Part shown: positions 61,634-64,000 of the stretch, piece by piece
How the letters are laid out: every line of letters begins with the position of its first letter
Position numbering within the stretch: the stretch's first letter is position 1
Source of the DNA: an uncultured delta proteobacterium
Lineage (GTDB): Bacteria > Myxococcota > Myxococcia > Myxococcales > Anaeromyxobacteraceae
Direction: 5' to 3'
Length of the DNA: 64,000 nucleotides
Assembly: GCA_963766715.1 (NCBI GenBank)
Contig: CAVYBH010000013.1
Coordinates: forward strand, 32,001-96,000
Notes under the pieces: generated by a model
The model's database searches: none
The model's input: the letters and a program-made list of their open reading frames with translations, nothing else
What the model was told of the DNA's origin: nothing
Position numbers and translations under genes: made by a program

Positions 61634-64000
61634 ATGGACAGCCCGCCCGACATCGATCCGCTGGAGACGCGAGAGTGGCTCGACGCCCTCGAGGGCGTCA
61701 TCGCGCGGGAGGGGCCCGATCGCGCCCACTGGCTCATCGAGCAGCTCATCGGGCGGGCCCGCCGCTCCGGCACCTACCTGCCCTTCTCGGCCAACACGGC
61801 CTACGTGAACACCATCCCGGTCGAGCGGCAGCCGCCGCTCCCGGGCGACTTCGAGCTCGAGCAGCGCATCCGCCACTTCATCCGCTGGAACGCCATGGCC
61901 ATGGTGGTCCGGGCCAACCGCAACACCAACGTGGGCGGCCACATCGCCAGCTTCGCGTCGGCGGCCATGCTCTACGACATCGGCTACAACCACTTCTGGC
62001 GCGCCCCCACCAAGGAGCAGGGCGGGGATCTGGTCTTCATCCAGGGCCATTCCTCTCCCGGGATCTACGCGCGCGCCTACCTGCTCGGGCTGCTGACGGA
62101 GGGGCAGCTCGACCACTACCGCCAGGAGGTGGACGGCAAGGGACTCTCGTCCTACCCGCACCCGTGGCTCATGCCGCGGTTCTGGAACTTCCCCACGGTG
62201 TCCATGGGGCTCGGGCCGCTCATGGCCATCTACCAGGCGCGCTTCATGAAGTACCTGGACGACCGCGGGCTGGCGAAGACCAGCCGGGCGCAAGGTGTGG
62301 GCGCTCACCGGCGACGGCGAGATGGACGAGCCGGAGGCCATGGGCGCGATCGGCATGGCCGGCCGGGAGAAGCTCGACAACCTGATCTTCGTGGTGAACG
62401 CGAACCTCCAGCGCCTCGACGGTCCGGTGCGCGGGAACGGCAAGATCATCCAGGAGCTGGAGAGCGAGTTCCGCGGCGCCGGCTGGAACGTGGTGAAGGT
62501 CATCTGGGGACGGCACTGGGACCCGCTGCTGGCGCGCGACAAGAACGGCGCCCTGCAGCGCCGGATGATGGAGGCGGTGGACGGCGACTACCAGACCTAC
62601 AAGGCCAAGGACGGAGCCTACGTCCGCGAGCACTTCTTCAACACGCCCGAGCTGCGCGCCATGGTGGCCGACTACTCCGACGAGGACATCTGGAACCTGA
62701 ACCGGGGTGGGCACGACCCGTTCAAGGTCTTCGCCGCCTACCAGGCCGCCATGAGCCACGAGGGGGAGCCGACGCTCATCCTCGCCAAGACGGTCAAGGG
62801 CTACGGCATGGGGGAGTCCGGCGAGGCCCAGAACATCACGCACCAGCAGAAGAAGATGTCGGTCGAGGCCATCCGCCGCTTCCGCGACCGGTTCCAGATC
62901 CCGGTGCCGGACGACCAGCTGCCCGACGTTCCCTACGTGAAGTTCGAGGAGGGCTCGAAGGAGCTCGCGTACCTCAAGTCCCGCCGGACCGAGCTGGGCG
63001 GCGATCGTCCGCGGCGCCACGGGAGCGCCGGAAAGCTGCCCGTGCCTCCGCTCTCGGCCTTCGCGCGCGTGCTCGAGGGGAGCGGGGAGCGCGAGATCTC
63101 GACCACCATGGCGTTCGTGCAGTTCCTCCAGATCCTGGTTCGCGACAAGGAGATCGGGCCGCACGTGGTGCCCATCGTGGCCGACGAGTCGCGCACCTTC
63201 GGCATGGAGGGCATGTTCCGGCAGCTCGGCATCTGGAGCCACGTCGGGCAGCTCTACACGCCGCAGGACGCCGACCAGCTGGCCTTCTACAAGGAGGACA
63301 AGAAGGGGCAGATCCTGCAGGAGGGCATCAACGAGGCCGGCGCCATGGCCGACTGGATGGCCGCCGCCACCTCCTACTCGGTGCACGGCGTCCCGATGCT
63401 GCCCTTCTACATCTTCTACTCGATGTTCGGATTCCAGCGCGTGGGCGACCTGGCCTGGGCCGCCGGCGACATGCGGAGCCGCGGGTTCCTGCTCGGCGCC
63501 ACCTCGGGGCGCACCACCCTGAACGGCGAGGGGCTCCAGCACCAGGACGGCCACTCGCACGTCCTCTCGGCCACCATCCCGAACGCGGTCTCCTACGACC
63601 CGGCCTTCGGCTACGAGGTGGCGGTCATCGTCCAGGACGGCATGCGCCGCATGTACGAGGCCCAGGAGGACGTCTACTACTACCTCACGCTGCTCAACGA
63701 GAACTTCCGCCAGCCGGCCATGCCCGCCGGCGTCGAGGAGGGCATCCGCCGGGGGCTCTACCTGTACAGGCCCGGCGCCGACGCGCCGAAGGCGCCGCGC
63801 GTCCAGCTCCTCGGCTCGGGGGCCATCTTCCACGAGGTCCTGGCCGCCGCGGGACTCCTCCGCGACGACTGGGGCGTCGAGTCCGACGTCTGGAGCGTGC
63901 CCAGCTTCACCGAGCTCGCGCGGGAGGGCAACGCCGTGGCGCGCGAGACCCTCCTCCACCCCGAGGCGAAGGCGCGGCGGTCGTACGTGGAGGAGAAGCT
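61634..64000 (+). CDS. aceE: Pyruvate dehydrogenase E1, homodimeric type; runs off the window end (frameshift near 62285)
   Basis: Absent from the ORF track. MDSPPDIDPLETREWLDAL, GGHIASFAS, QGHSSPG, SSYPHP, TVSMGLGP, GDGEMDE, NLQRLDG, DESRTFGMEG, EGINEAG, EGLQHQDGH. Confidence 0.93.
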   Translation, partial: MDSPPDIDPLETREWLDALEGVIAREGPDRAHWLIEQLIGRARRSGTYLPFSANTAYVNTIPVERQPPLPGDFELEQRIRHFIRWNAMAMVVRANRNTNVGGHIASFASAAMLYDIGYNHFWRAPTKEQGGDLVFIQGHSSPGIYARAYLLGLLTEGQLDHYRQEVDGKGLSSYPHPWLMPRFWNFPTVSMGLGPLMAIYQARFMKYLDDRGLAKTSRAQGVGAHRRRRDGRAGGHGRDRHGRPGEARQPDLRGEREPPAPRRSGARERQDHPGAGERVPRRRLERGEGHLGTALGPAAGARQERRPAAPDDGGGGRRLPDLQGQGRSLRPRALLQHARAARHGGRLLRRGHLEPEPGWARPVQGLRRLPGRHEPRGGADAHPRQDGQGLRHGGVRRGPEHHAPAEEDVGRGHPPLPRPVPDPGAGRPAARRSLREVRGGLEGARVPQVPPDRAGRRSSAAPRERRKAARASALGLRARARGERGARDLDHHGVRAVPPDPGSRQGDRAARGAHRGRRVAHLRHGGHVPAARHLEPRRAALHAAGRRPAGLLQGGQEGADPAGGHQRGRRHGRLDGRRHLLLGARRPDAALLHLLLDVRIPARGRPGLGRRRHAEPRVPARRHLGAHHPERRGAPAPGRPLARPLGHHPERGLLRPGLRLRGGGHRPGRHAPHVRGPGGRLLLPHAAQRELPPAGHARRRRGGHPPGALPVQARRRRAEGAARPAPRLGGHLPRGPGRRGTPPRRLGRRVRRLERAQLHRARAGGQRRGARDPPPPRGEGAAVVRGGEA

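Overview
Very GC-rich chromosomal window from a bacterium resembling Anaeromyxobacter/Myxococcota (inferred from gene content). It is almost fully coding and dominated by anaerobic energy metabolism. Left to right: two divergent KamA-type radical SAM aminomutases; a 2-oxoacid oxidoreductase operon whose gamma/delta subunit is fused to a GltD/NfnB-like flavoprotein; ridA and rel; a K+ channel; two zinc-ribbon/FHA paralogs bracketing a lactate operon (dld-lctP-lutABC); dksA, a diadenylate cyclase, GT39, TIGR02757, moaB, polX and ampG; two back-to-back complex I clusters (nuoABCDGHI on minus, nuoABCDHIJKLMN on plus, no nuoEF); Rrf2, a deoxyhypusine-synthase-like gene, cvpA, a J-protein/Hsp70 pair, dgt, a CPBP protease, amrB and gltX; two tandem ~19-heme lipoprotein cytochromes behind an AT-rich region with an FNR-like box; and a partial aceE. 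About 20 single-base frameshifts interrupt otherwise intact genes, which points to unpolished long-read errors rather than pseudogenes. No rRNA, tRNA, CRISPR array or mobile element was recognised. All calls come from reading motifs by eye; no database searches were run.
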